The position numbers and the translations under genes were made by a program. Positions 43,811 to 53,002 of a stretch of 64,000 nucleotides of DNA are shown one piece after another. Within the stretch, counting starts at the first letter, position 1; each line of letters opens with the position of its first letter. The stretch lies in the IMG/VR virus record IMGVR_UViG_2802428818_000001, positions 52,564-116,563 of that record, one strand, 5' to 3'. The notes beneath the pieces were generated by a model that saw only the letters and a list, made by a program, of their open reading frames with translations, was not told where the DNA came from and did not search any database. The DNA comes from a virus. Lineage: Duplodnaviria; Heunggongvirae; Uroviricota; Caudoviricetes.

Positions 43811-44208
43811 GCCGATTTCCTCTCCGTCGAGGCTACAAGGGCGGGCAGCGGCATCCAACGATAACGCTCCTGGTAGTCAGGACGGATGCAGACGCCTTCT
43901 CTCCGGCAGTGCCAGTAGTTCGGTGGCCCTTCCCACTTATAGACGCGGGCGTATTCGATCTCATGCCGACTGTTGATTTCAACAGCAACAAACCTCGCGC
44001 CGTCCTGCGGTGCAGTATCCATTGTCTGCCACCCCAGATGTGAAAAGGGTGGCGGGGCTAGCGCGGCGAAAGGACTTCCCTCCATCGGGTCGGCCTCATC
44101 GAGCTTCCGAACGGAGACCCACTGGCCGTCAGGGTGTTTACGGAAGAGCCAGCCCTTCCACTTGCCATCGAGGCAAACACCCACGAACTCGGTAAGTTTT
44201 GCAATCAT
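43807..44208 (-). CDS. hypothetical protein
   Basis: trimmed to MIAKLTEFVGV...; ATGA with sbcC stop. Confidence 0.5.
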   Translation of the reverse strand: MIAKLTEFVGVCLDGKWKGWLFRKHPDGQWVSVRKLDEADPMEGSPFAALAPPPFSHLGWQTMDTAPQDGARFVAVEINSRHEIEYARVYKWEGPPNYWHCRREGVCIRPDYQERYRWMPLPALVASTERKSA

Positions 44209-46151
44209 GCTGCTACCTCTCTGACGGTCGTTGCGCCGTCCTTCTTTTCGATTTCGATGACCTGGGGAATCCAATCACGAAGCGAATTGTGGCTGATCAC
44301 AAAGACCGAGCCGCGCTCCTTCGCCTTCTCGTCGAGCACCTGCATCAGACGCTCGAGGCCGGCTTCGTCCAGCGCGTCGTCAATCTCGTCGCCGAGGAAG
44401 AGTTCGATCGGCTTAGTCGCTCGAGTCGCCACGAGATCCTGCAGTGCAAGCGCACATGCGATCCGGACCTTGCGCTTCTCACCACCTGACTGCAGCCCGA
44501 AGCGCTTGCCGCCTTTCTCATTCTCGACCTCGATCGAGAACTTCTCCTTGAGCTCGCCTTTGGCGTTGGCGACAAGCGTCGTCCAGGTCGCAGTGATGTT
44601 GCCGTCGGACAGAATGCCGAGATAGTGCGCGGTTCTGGTATTCAGGAATGGCGTGACCTCATCCATGATGTGCGCGCGGACACCGGCCGGCGAGAACACC
44701 TTCACGACCGCTTCGGCGTGCGCAACGTCAGTGTCAGCCTTGATTTTCTCGTCGTTCAGCTCGGTCAGGAGGTCGTTGTGCTGACTGATCTGATCCTTGA
44801 AGCGCTGAATGGTGCGATCGTGCGGGTTGACCTCGACCTTAATGCCCTTCGCGCGCTCTGCGTGCTGCCTAGCCCGGATCGCATCGTTCTCCTTCAACTG
44901 CGCAAGACGATTGACCTCGTTCAATTTCGCTTGCAATTGCGATCTGAGCGCGTTGGCCTCACTTAGATCAGTCATTGACGCTTTGAACGCGTCCCGCTCG
45001 CCCTCGACGCGCTGTAGCTCGTTCTGAGCATCATCCAGCTCGTTCGACACTCGCTTGTAGTTCGCAACGATCGGCGCCAGCGCTTGCTTCTCTGCGTCTT
45101 TGGCAGGCGCAATCTCTTCCGCCGAGAGTTCCCGGCCGCAGGAGGTGCAGGGGCAGCCGACCTTATGATCGAGATTTGCAATCACGGTCTTGCGCTTGCG
45201 GATCTCACCGGCGTCAACCTGCTTGCGGCTATCGAGCGCTGCGATCTTCGTCCGGATGCTGGAAATCGATCGTTCGAGATCCGCGAGCTCCTGCTGCTCA
45301 TGCCCGACGGCTTGAATTTTATCGTCAACGTCCTTGATCTGCTGCTCGAGGTCAGCCTTCGCCGGCTCAGCCTGGATTAGCGCCTCGGTCGCACGGACTT
45401 TGGTGACGTAATCACGGGCGAAACCCGTTTCGTCGCTGACACGCTTCAGTCGATCCGTCTCCCAGACCTTGTGCTGCTCTTCGGCACTCGCGAGATTGTC
45501 CTCTTCGCGGTCCCTGGCGAGGATCGTGCTATCGAAGGCTGTGACAACCCCGGCAGCCGCGTTCTTCGCGTCGGTGAGGCGCTGACGGGCAACAGTGTAG
45601 GCTTCTTCCAGCACCGTGACGCCGGATGCCTCCTCGATGAGGATCTTGAGCTGCTTGTCGGTCATGCCGGGCAGGTCGGGCATTCGCTCCTGGCCCGCAT
45701 AGATCGAGCCAATGAAGACATCGAGCGAGCAGCCGAGGATCTTATCGACGACTTCCTGCGTCAGCTTGTCCGTGCCCTTCGTCAGATCGCCCCAGGCAGC
45801 GCCGAGCGTCGGTGACAGGTGGCTGACCATCAAGGCGTTCTTATGCTGTTTGTGCTTGCGATGGCGCGCGATCAGATAGGTGTGGCCGTTGTCGTTGATT
45901 TCGACAACGACGCGCGTGCCCTTGCCGGCAATATCGTTGATGATGGCGTCGCCGGATTCGTCGCGTGCGGTGACGCCGAAGAGCGCCCAACAGAGCGCGT
46001 CGAAGATCGAGGACTTGCCGGCGCCGTTCGACATGGCTGACGTATCGTCGAGGTTCTGGCCCTGGATCAGCACCAGGCCGCGATCGGAGAGCTTGAAGCT
46101 CGCCTGGGTGATCGCCATGAAGTTTTCGATGGTGAGAGCGGTGATTTTCAA
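44205..46151 (-). CDS. SbcC/Rad50-like recombination ATPase (T4 gp46-like)
   Basis: N-terminal Walker A GAGKSSIFDA, long coiled coil, C-terminal signature/Walker B. Confidence 0.9.
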   Translation of the reverse strand: MKITALTIENFMAITQASFKLSDRGLVLIQGQNLDDTSAMSNGAGKSSIFDALCWALFGVTARDESGDAIINDIAGKGTRVVVEINDNGHTYLIARHRKHKQHKNALMVSHLSPTLGAAWGDLTKGTDKLTQEVVDKILGCSLDVFIGSIYAGQERMPDLPGMTDKQLKILIEEASGVTVLEEAYTVARQRLTDAKNAAAGVVTAFDSTILARDREEDNLASAEEQHKVWETDRLKRVSDETGFARDYVTKVRATEALIQAEPAKADLEQQIKDVDDKIQAVGHEQQELADLERSISSIRTKIAALDSRKQVDAGEIRKRKTVIANLDHKVGCPCTSCGRELSAEEIAPAKDAEKQALAPIVANYKRVSNELDDAQNELQRVEGERDAFKASMTDLSEANALRSQLQAKLNEVNRLAQLKENDAIRARQHAERAKGIKVEVNPHDRTIQRFKDQISQHNDLLTELNDEKIKADTDVAHAEAVVKVFSPAGVRAHIMDEVTPFLNTRTAHYLGILSDGNITATWTTLVANAKGELKEKFSIEVENEKGGKRFGLQSGGEKRKVRIACALALQDLVATRATKPIELFLGDEIDDALDEAGLERLMQVLDEKAKERGSVFVISHNSLRDWIPQVIEIEKKDGATTVREVAA

Positions 46152-46375
46152 GGCTTATTCCTTTGCTTTTTCTTTTGAGCTTCGACGAACCGAGCCATGC
46201 CTTCTTCGTTGATAGCCTTGATGCGAATGCGACCGACCAATCTGATGCCGGTATCCGTGCACATCGCCTCGGCCAGACTCGTAGAGCCATAGCGAGTCCG
46301 CATAGTCTGGCCGACGGTGAACCTGTCGCCCTCGGCGTAATTGTTGACGTAAGCGCCAACGAGCCACTGCCACAT
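46148..46375 (-). CDS. hypothetical small protein
   Basis: ATGA overlap with sbcC. Confidence 0.5.
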   Translation of the reverse strand: MWQWLVGAYVNNYAEGDRFTVGQTMRTRYGSTSLAEAMCTDTGIRLVGRIRIKAINEEGMARFVEAQKKKQRNKP

Positions 46376-46376
46376 T

Positions 46377-46736
46377 TCACTTGCCTTTCAGATTGATACC
46401 CGCGGCCATATTGCCGGTCGCGGCTGCCTGGTTGATCTGCTCTTGCTTGGTCGGTTTCGCTGGCTGCGCGGGACGAGCCGCTGCGCGCTGCGTGGACGTA
46501 TCTTCACGGCGACGCTCGCGCTTGTAGGTGCGCGGTTGCTCATTCGAGACTGCGGTCTGCGCGACCATGACGAAGTTCAAGCCGGTCATCTTGGACCGAT
46601 ACATTTGCGCCGTCGGAAGCGGCAGATCGTGCATGGAAACACGCACGCGCTCTTCGCGATCGCCAGTCTTGTTGCCTTTATCGTCAAAGGTAGAGATCAG
46701 CGTGAGCTGATCATAGGTGATGCTGTAGAGCTGCAT
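46377..46736 (-). CDS. hypothetical protein
   Basis: 119 aa. Confidence 0.5.
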   Translation of the reverse strand: MQLYSITYDQLTLISTFDDKGNKTGDREERVRVSMHDLPLPTAQMYRSKMTGLNFVMVAQTAVSNEQPRTYKRERRREDTSTQRAAARPAQPAKPTKQEQINQAAATGNMAAGINLKGK

Positions 46737-46795
46737 TGCGTCTTTCCTTAGTAATTTCAGTATCTTGACACTAGCGCGTCACGACATGGGATGCT

Positions 46796-47887
46796 TTAGG
46801 CATCTTCAGTGACCGCTCTGGCAGCAGTGAGCACGATGGCGCACTCGACCTTCAGGCGAGCCCGATCAACGAGCGTCGAAATGTCGGTGGCGCCATCGAT
46901 GAAGTTGGCGACGGACTCGTCAACGGTGACGGTGCCCTTCGAGACAGCGCCGGTGCGCGCGGACGCAGCCTGCTTCTTCGGCGCCATGATAACGACACCT
47001 TGGGCGCCGGAGTCGGCGAGGAACTGGCGCAGCTCGGCGATCTCGGCAGAGGTCATTTCGGGGCCGGAGTAGCGCACGTAGTTGCCGTCGGCCGCGAGAG
47101 CCATATCTTCAGCGTCCATACCGCTCAGATCGACAAAGCGCGGCGCATGCGTTGCTTGGAATGCGACCTTGCCCTTGTCATCGACGGACAGGAAGCCTGC
47201 CTTGGTGCCGACGTCGCCCCAGGTCTGGTGCGTGGTCGCGCCGATCGACCAGACATTGCCTGGAAGCTCTTTGTGATTGTGATAGTCGCCGGCAAAGACG
47301 TTCTGAAAACCGAAGTCAGAGAGCATGTCTGCCGTCAGGCCGTGGGGAGGGGTGTTGATCAAGACGCCATCGATACCGGCGTGAATGAAGACGTCCATAT
47401 GATCTGCGTGCGGGCTCTTGGCGAGCTCGGTGAGATCCTTCATCAGGAGCTCGGTCGTCATGCGATAGGGCACGAAACCGAGCACATGATCGTTATGAAT
47501 GGTGATGTCGCGCCGGTTGAAGACGTGAAACTCGCCGTGCTCGCTTTTCGTCTCCGAGAGCGTGAGCATGCCATTACCCAGGACCGTCGTGTCCTTGCCG
47601 GCCAGGTCATGATTACCAGGGATCGCAAGGATATCGAGCCCCATGTCGAGGATGCGCCTGACCGTCGCCTGAAGCGGATTGAGCACTTCCGGGTCGATCG
47701 AGCCGCGGACGTGCATGATATCGCCGGCACAGACGATGAATTTCGCGCCGATTTTCTTGGCGTAGGTCGCGGCGCGCATCAGCTCGTCGAGGATGATCTG
47801 CAAGCGGCCATTCACGCCGTTGACCGTGAAGGTCGAGAACGTCGACCACTTGTGTGCGTGAATATCGGAAACGATGACGTAGCTCAT
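46796..47887 (-). CDS. SbcD/Mre11-like nuclease (T4 gp47-like)
   Basis: MSYVIVSDIHAH metallophosphoesterase motif I, GNHD motif; trimmed from 46796..47974. Confidence 0.9.
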   Translation of the reverse strand: MSYVIVSDIHAHKWSTFSTFTVNGVNGRLQIILDELMRAATYAKKIGAKFIVCAGDIMHVRGSIDPEVLNPLQATVRRILDMGLDILAIPGNHDLAGKDTTVLGNGMLTLSETKSEHGEFHVFNRRDITIHNDHVLGFVPYRMTTELLMKDLTELAKSPHADHMDVFIHAGIDGVLINTPPHGLTADMLSDFGFQNVFAGDYHNHKELPGNVWSIGATTHQTWGDVGTKAGFLSVDDKGKVAFQATHAPRFVDLSGMDAEDMALAADGNYVRYSGPEMTSAEIAELRQFLADSGAQGVVIMAPKKQAASARTGAVSKGTVTVDESVANFIDGATDISTLVDRARLKVECAIVLTAARAVTEDA

Positions 47888-48477
47888 GCTGCTTTTTTGA
47901 TCCTCGATTTGAATACTTTGGTGATGGGAACGAGATCGCTTGGATGACGGAGAGGATCGTTGTCGTGGATCCAAACCAGATTGCTCGCCTTCAAACTAAA
48001 GCGGTCATGGTCGTAAAAATGAAGGATGTCGCCGTCACCAGGCGCACCGAAAAGCACGGCGACAATCTTTGCAGCCTGAAAGCTCTGGTTCTTTTTCTCG
48101 GGCGTCGTCAGTGAGATATAGGCGATACCACGATTGTTGGTCAGCTTGCGTTCGCCGCGCTTAGAGCGGAACCGACCAAAGCTCGAAACCTCAATCCCGC
48201 CTGTATTTGGAATACCTTTCCAGGTCTCCGTTTCGGCGGTTGATGCTACCAACTGCGGACGGCCGAGTCGCTCAAGCCGCTCGCGCATTTCCTGATTTTC
48301 AGCAATGATCTGATCGATCACCTCTTGAACGATGTGGAGATCACGGATCGAAAACTCGCAAACATCACCGCCGACGTTGAGAAAGCGGGCTTGATCGAGC
48401 GCCTTCTTCTGTCCACCGCCGTAGATCCCGAAGAAGTCTTTGTCATCAATCGTGCCGCCGTGTTTCAGCGCTTTCAT
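47884..48477 (-). CDS. putative homing endonuclease (NUMOD4-type motif)
   Basis: WKGIPNTGGIEVSSFGRFRS matches NUMOD4/HNH_3 W-x-I-x-GY-VSN-G-V-S pattern. Confidence 0.45.
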   Translation of the reverse strand: MKALKHGGTIDDKDFFGIYGGGQKKALDQARFLNVGGDVCEFSIRDLHIVQEVIDQIIAENQEMRERLERLGRPQLVASTAETETWKGIPNTGGIEVSSFGRFRSKRGERKLTNNRGIAYISLTTPEKKNQSFQAAKIVAVLFGAPGDGDILHFYDHDRFSLKASNLVWIHDNDPLRHPSDLVPITKVFKSRIKKAA

Positions 48478-48488
48478 AATGTCTCCTG

Positions 48489-48509
48489 TAAGTCAGTTTT
48501 GATTGACTT
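48489..48509 (-). promoter_or_regulatory. family B (AAGTCAGTTTTGATTGACTTT)
   Basis: upstream of homing-endonuclease gene 48477. Confidence 0.5.
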
Positions 48510-48544
48510 TCTATCTTCTGAATAGCGCGTCACACACAGGGACG

Positions 48545-48563
48545 CAATCAATATTTACTGACT
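48545..48563 (-). promoter_or_regulatory. family B (CAATCAATATTTACTGACT) with GCGTCCC extension
   Basis: second copie 35 nt from the first. Confidence 0.5.
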
Positions 48564-48572
48564 AAACAAGGG

Positions 48573-48600
48573 AAATGAAAAGCCGCCCGAAGGCGGCTCC
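48573..48600 (-). terminator. rho-independent terminator after 48605 gene
   Basis: minus strand GCCGCC-TTCG-GGCGGC then TTTTCATTT. Confidence 0.7.
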
Positions 48601-48604
48601 GGTG

Positions 48605-49018
48605 TTAGAATTGCGCGACCAGGGCTTTCGCAATGACCTTGTAGTGATCCGGTGCTGCAGGCGCAGTGTCTTCAAAATAGACCCGTTCCTTCGCGCCTTC
48701 GACACCAACCACGTAAATCCACTTAAAACCAGCCTTGTTGCGCGCCTCGATAGCACCGACGATTTTGATCGAGCCGGTCAGCCATTGAGTGCGCTGAAGT
48801 TCGAGCTTCAGATCGTTATGGCCATCAAGGTAGGCATCATTGATCTCATTCACGAGGAAGGAGCCGAACTTTGAACCAACGACGCGCTCCACAAGCTTAT
48901 AGCAATCGTCATAGCTGTCCGCAGCCACGAAAAAGTCGACGTCATCACCCAGCGGGTATTTGCCCATGTCCGAGGTTACTTTGATGTCGGCCGGGACATG
49001 GAATGAAAAGGTCTGCAT
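48605..49018 (-). CDS. hypothetical protein
   Basis: 137 aa; terminator immediately downstream. Confidence 0.55.
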   Translation of the reverse strand: MQTFSFHVPADIKVTSDMGKYPLGDDVDFFVAADSYDDCYKLVERVVGSKFGSFLVNEINDAYLDGHNDLKLELQRTQWLTGSIKIVGAIEARNKAGFKWIYVVGVEGAKERVYFEDTAPAAPDHYKVIAKALVAQF

Positions 49019-49095
49019 TATCTTCCTCTCTCAATATGTTAGGTGCGCAGGGCACGTCCACAAATGGGTCATGTGCGGCAGGAACACAAGCTCCG

Positions 49096-49494
49096 CTACT
49101 TGATTTTCACCGCACCGGGAATGTGGGTGAAATACTTGATGGGAAGGTAGCGCTGCGCGGCTCCACCGCGGCGCTCGAAATTCAGGAACTTGGTTTTGTT
49201 CCGATCCATGAAGTTCTCAATCCGGGTGACGTAAATGTCGTTGTTCTGTTTGACCCTTACGCCGACCCAGACGATCTTCATCAGGCGCAGCTCGGTGATG
49301 GTTTCCTCATCGAGCGCCCAGGATGCGGTCTCTTTACGCAGCGCATCCGAATTGCACTTCTCGCCGAACCGGAAGATCTGATCCAGCTTCCGGGCGGCGA
49401 GATACACGTTCCTATTGGCAAAGTGATAGATGTGGCCGTAGATTCGACGACCTCTGCGGACGACCGTTGTCGGCACCTTGGGCTTGCGCGCCAT
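49096..49494 (-). CDS. GIY-YIG-like endonuclease (tentative)
   Basis: RIYGHIYHFANRNVYLAARKL loosely matches GIY-x10-YIG; trimmed to MARKPKVPTT... Confidence 0.35.
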   Translation of the reverse strand: MARKPKVPTTVVRRGRRIYGHIYHFANRNVYLAARKLDQIFRFGEKCNSDALRKETASWALDEETITELRLMKIVWVGVRVKQNNDIYVTRIENFMDRNKTKFLNFERRGGAAQRYLPIKYFTHIPGAVKIK

Positions 49495-49924
49495 TTTCAA
49501 AGCCTCTCCATTCGTAAAGACCCTGCGCGCCCTTGATCGGGATCGGATGCTCAAGAGCTTCCGGCTTGGTCATGCGCCAGGCGTAACCGCCTTCCTTGAA
49601 CCAGCCATAAGCCTTTTCCTCGCGCGTGATATCGGAGAGAAACTCCTCGTCGATCAGCTCGTAGCTGTCGAGGATGGCCGTGCCGAGCAGATAGCCACGC
49701 GGCAGCTCTTCGAAGTCAGGCATGTCGAGCATCTGATAGAAGAACTGGAACTCTTCCTCGTTGAACGCTGCCATCTGTTTCGGCAGGACGCTTTTCGTCG
49801 AGGCGATACCAATTCTCTGACCGACGACTGCCTTGGGCGGCGCCCAGGTCCGTGTCTCAAAGATTTTGAACCCGCGGACAATAAGCGGTGCCCACGGGTT
49901 CCAGACTGAAATCACTTTCATCAA
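49412..49924 (-). CDS. ASCH-domain protein
   Basis: MKVISVWNPWAPLIVRGFKIFETRTW typical ASCH N-terminus; 3' end overlaps next gene. Confidence 0.55.
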   Translation of the reverse strand: MMKVISVWNPWAPLIVRGFKIFETRTWAPPKAVVGQRIGIASTKSVLPKQMAAFNEEEFQFFYQMLDMPDFEELPRGYLLGTAILDSYELIDEEFLSDITREEKAYGWFKEGGYAWRMTKPEALEHPIPIKGAQGLYEWRGFENGAQAQGADNGRPQRSSNLRPHLSLCQ

Positions 49925-49990
49925 TGCTCTCCGATAATCTTCAAATCAGAATAGACGTCATATCATCGGAGTTGCATTGAGCGGAAGAAA

Positions 49991-50011
49991 TTTTCGCTAA
50001 ATCGCGAAATT
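49991..50011. promoter_or_regulatory. family A TTTTCGCTAAATCGCGAAATT
   Basis: about 80 nt upstream of ASCH gene, just after recombinase stop. Confidence 0.5.
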
Positions 50012-51110
50012 ACGCCGCGATCGTTGCATCCTCGTCGACCTCGGTGTCAACCTCAGCAACGACGGGCGGCTCATAGTTCGCCGGCAGGAGATCCATGAGC
50101 TTCTTAAAGCCCTTGTCGCCTTCACCTTCGATCTGACGTGCGAGCGTCTCCTTAGCGATCTGCTTGCCGTCAAAGTTGACGAAGCCCGGCTTGCCCTTGG
50201 TCAGAAGCCCGTTCGTCTCGAGGAACTCAACCATTGAGCGTTGACGGTCGAACTTGCCGGTGCCGTCTTCCTGGAACATAAAGCGCCAGGTCGCCGTCTG
50301 GAACGGACGCGCGATCTTGTTCTTCATGTATTTGCCGGTCACTTCCATGCCGATGATGTCGGTGCCCTTCTTGATTTGGGCAGCCGAGAGCCAGAGGCGC
50401 TGCGAGAAGTAGAACGCCGGAGCATTACCACCGGTCGTCTTGCGCGGATCACCAAACTTGACATTCAAATCCTGACGGATCTGGTTGAGGAAGATAGCGC
50501 AAATGCCAAGCTCCTCGACATGCTGCGCGAAGGCCGGGAACGCATTCGACGTTGCACGCGCCAGCGCCGTGTTGTCGTTCATATTGCGGTCTTCCAGCGA
50601 CTTCACGCCGATAGCCTTGCCGTTCTTCATTTCGTAGTAGGCCGACTGCGGCACCATCGAGGCCAGGCTATCGAAAACCCAGCAGATCGGCGCGTCCTTC
50701 TTGATCAGCTTGTTCTTGCGGACATGAGTGGCCGCGACGACGCAGAGCTGCAAGCCTTCCTCGAAGGTCTTCGGCGTCTTAAAGACGAAGCGGCCAGGCG
50801 TGGTGTCGAGGCCGAGGCGCGGCGCCAGACGCAGCGAGAACGAGCGCTCGAAGTCCTCGAAACCCGCAATGCCGCCCATTTGCTGTGCACCGGCCATTGC
50901 GGCCGTTGCCAGCGCAGTCTTGCCGGACGACGGTGGGCCGGCGATTTCGATCATGCGGCCGACCGGGAACGCACCGAGTTCCCAGTTCGAATTGGAAGCG
51001 TGGTCGAGGGGCGGAAAGCCCGACGGAAGGAACTGGGAAACAGTCACTTCCTCGTCGTTTGCACCGATCGCGCCGGCGAGCGATGCTGCGATATCTGCTG
51101 CTGATGCCAT
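50010..51110 (-). CDS. RecA/UvsX-like recombinase
   Basis: Walker A GPPSSGKT; AAGGAGAAAGAC ATG; trimmed from 50010..51188. Confidence 0.85.
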   Translation of the reverse strand: MASAADIAASLAGAIGANDEEVTVSQFLPSGFPPLDHASNSNWELGAFPVGRMIEIAGPPSSGKTALATAAMAGAQQMGGIAGFEDFERSFSLRLAPRLGLDTTPGRFVFKTPKTFEEGLQLCVVAATHVRKNKLIKKDAPICWVFDSLASMVPQSAYYEMKNGKAIGVKSLEDRNMNDNTALARATSNAFPAFAQHVEELGICAIFLNQIRQDLNVKFGDPRKTTGGNAPAFYFSQRLWLSAAQIKKGTDIIGMEVTGKYMKNKIARPFQTATWRFMFQEDGTGKFDRQRSMVEFLETNGLLTKGKPGFVNFDGKQIAKETLARQIEGEGDKGFKKLMDLLPANYEPPVVAEVDTEVDEDATIAA

Positions 51111-51120
51111 GTCTTTCTCC

Positions 51121-51705
51121 TTACTTGTCATCAATGAAGTCAACGTCGTCCAGAAGGTCGCTGCCTGTGTCAGCAGGCGGCAAACCATCCTCGTCTAAAT
51201 CAGTATTGATTGACTGAACTGGACGTGGAGCAACGGCTGCTGCGGCCTTGGTCAGGCGCCCGCCGATGGCCTTCGCCAAAGTCTTGCCATCCATTTTCGA
51301 GGTATCGATGGGACCAGCCGGAAGAACCGGGGCTCGGGCTTCGATTTGCTCGGAACCTGGAAAGGTGATGCGCTCTTCCGGCGCCAGTCCCTTCCGCGGC
51401 GACTGATTATACCAAGTGACCTGGTATTTCGCCGGCATTTCAATGCTGTCGAGCGAGAAGTCGCCGTTTGTGGCCTTGGCGACGTCGCGGACCACGTCGA
51501 TTTTTTCCCAGATCTTCTTGATCGTCTCGGACAGGAAATACTGCGCCTTGGCGTAGTCGTCCTTCGAGATATCGTCGCCGTGCTTTTCAGCAACGCGCAG
51601 CAGGTCGCCGTAGCTCTTGCCGATCTTCTGGATGGCAGCCTCGAGCGCCTTCTTGGCTTCAGGCTTGGGATCAGCCGCCTTGGGCGTAGTGATCAGGTCA
51701 GACAA
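51121..51705 (-). CDS. hypothetical protein with acidic C-terminal tail (DDVDFIDDK)
   Basis: 194 aa; family-B-like sequence lies inside its 3' end. Confidence 0.5.
   Translation of the reverse strand: MSDLITTPKAADPKPEAKKALEAAIQKIGKSYGDLLRVAEKHGDDISKDDYAKAQYFLSETIKKIWEKIDVVRDVAKATNGDFSLDSIEMPAKYQVTWYNQSPRKGLAPEERITFPGSEQIEARAPVLPAGPIDTSKMDGKTLAKAIGGRLTKAAAAVAPRPVQSINTDLDEDGLPPADTGSDLLDDVDFIDDK
51196..51220 (-). promoter_or_regulatory. family B-like (CTAAATCAGTATTGATTGACTGAAC) inside coding sequence
   Basis: lies in 3' end of 51121..51705 gene, about 85 nt upstream of recombinase start. Confidence 0.35.
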
Positions 51706-51898
51706 AACGGCGTCCTTTCATCTTGTCGTAGGCCGAGGTCAGAAACACTGCCGGCCAGAAAATGAACCAGAAGAAGACGGCGAACGCGATACGACGCCCG
51801 TCACCTCCCGTAACGATGGGCTTAATGATGTAGAACGTGAAAACTACCATCACGAGGTAGATCCACGCTGCACTCAGGGTGATGATTGATGCCGTCAC
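51698..51898 (-). CDS. small membrane protein (2 TM)
   Basis: 66 aa hydrophobic. Confidence 0.45.
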   Translation of the reverse strand: MTASIITLSAAWIYLVMVVFTFYIIKPIVTGGDGRRIAFAVFFWFIFWPAVFLTSAYDKMKGRRFV

Positions 51899-52851
51899 GC
51901 GGCGAGCTCCTCTTGCAGGTGGTGGAAGGCAGGGAAGACCGAGATCCAGGGCTCCAGATCCTTTGTGATCGAGCGGAACATCAGCCGGTTGCAGAACGTC
52001 TTGAAGCGCTCGATGTCCGGCGTGCCTGTGTCGACGCGCAGATTGACCGGCTCCGGCCGGAGCTTCGTGCGCAGATCCATGAGCTTCAGGTTGCGCTGAT
52101 AGATCATCTGCTTTTCCTCGGACTCTCCGAAGTCACGGAACTTCTTCGGCACGGTCTTTGGATCGAGCGTCTTGTCGATCAGCATGTTGGAGAAGTTCGA
52201 CACCGAGACGTATTCCTTCAGGAACGCGATCGCGCCTTTGTCGCCGATACCACCGACGCCGGATATACCGTCACCTTCGTCACCCCAAAGGCACTTCATT
52301 TCGACGAACGCCTCGAAGCTTTCGAGGTCGTAACCGAGCGCCGGCAGCATGTCGGCAGCCTTCATGATCTTGCGGTCCTGGATCGGATCGAGCCAGATGA
52401 TGTTGGGGTTGACGAGCTGCACCCAGTCTTTGTCGCCGGAGACGAGCACGACCTTGCCGCCCTTGGCAGCGTAGCGATCGCCCATGATTGCGGCGAGATC
52501 GTCAGCTTCCATGTTCGAAGCGCGGACCTGCGGAACGCCCAAGAGCTGCATCGCCTTCTTGATCGCCGGGATCTGACCTTCTGCGATCTTCTTCATTTCG
52601 GCTGCTTTGACGGCCGACGGCGTGTCTTGCTTCTTGCGATTGGATTTGTAGTCGGGAAAGTCCATGTAGCGCCAGCTTGCACCATCCCAGAGCACCGCGG
52701 GCTTTGCGGTCGGGTAGGTGGCGATCAGCTTCCGGACGATCTTCACGAAATGGTAGATGGCTTGAACCTGCGTCTCACCGACCTTCAGCGGCTTCGCGTT
52801 GTTGGCTGCATGAGCAATATTCATGCCGTCGATCAGGAGATAACGCTGCAT
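51895..52851 (-). CDS. 5'-3' exonuclease / flap endonuclease (T4 RNase H-like)
   Basis: MQRYLLIDGMNIAH PIN-like N-terminus with acidic clusters. Confidence 0.85.
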   Translation of the reverse strand: MQRYLLIDGMNIAHAANNAKPLKVGETQVQAIYHFVKIVRKLIATYPTAKPAVLWDGASWRYMDFPDYKSNRKKQDTPSAVKAAEMKKIAEGQIPAIKKAMQLLGVPQVRASNMEADDLAAIMGDRYAAKGGKVVLVSGDKDWVQLVNPNIIWLDPIQDRKIMKAADMLPALGYDLESFEAFVEMKCLWGDEGDGISGVGGIGDKGAIAFLKEYVSVSNFSNMLIDKTLDPKTVPKKFRDFGESEEKQMIYQRNLKLMDLRTKLRPEPVNLRVDTGTPDIERFKTFCNRLMFRSITKDLEPWISVFPAFHHLQEELAA

Positions 52852-53002
52852 ATCAAAAACCTTTGTATTTCAGGGGAGGGGCGTCAGGAGATCGCAAGTG
52901 CCAAGCGAGCAAAGGAGGGCGCAACCTCCTGACGAACAGGCCCGGCAGCGCGACTTGCCGGGCCAGAGATCACTGCGCACAAGCGCGCGGCGCAGTGACG
53001 AC

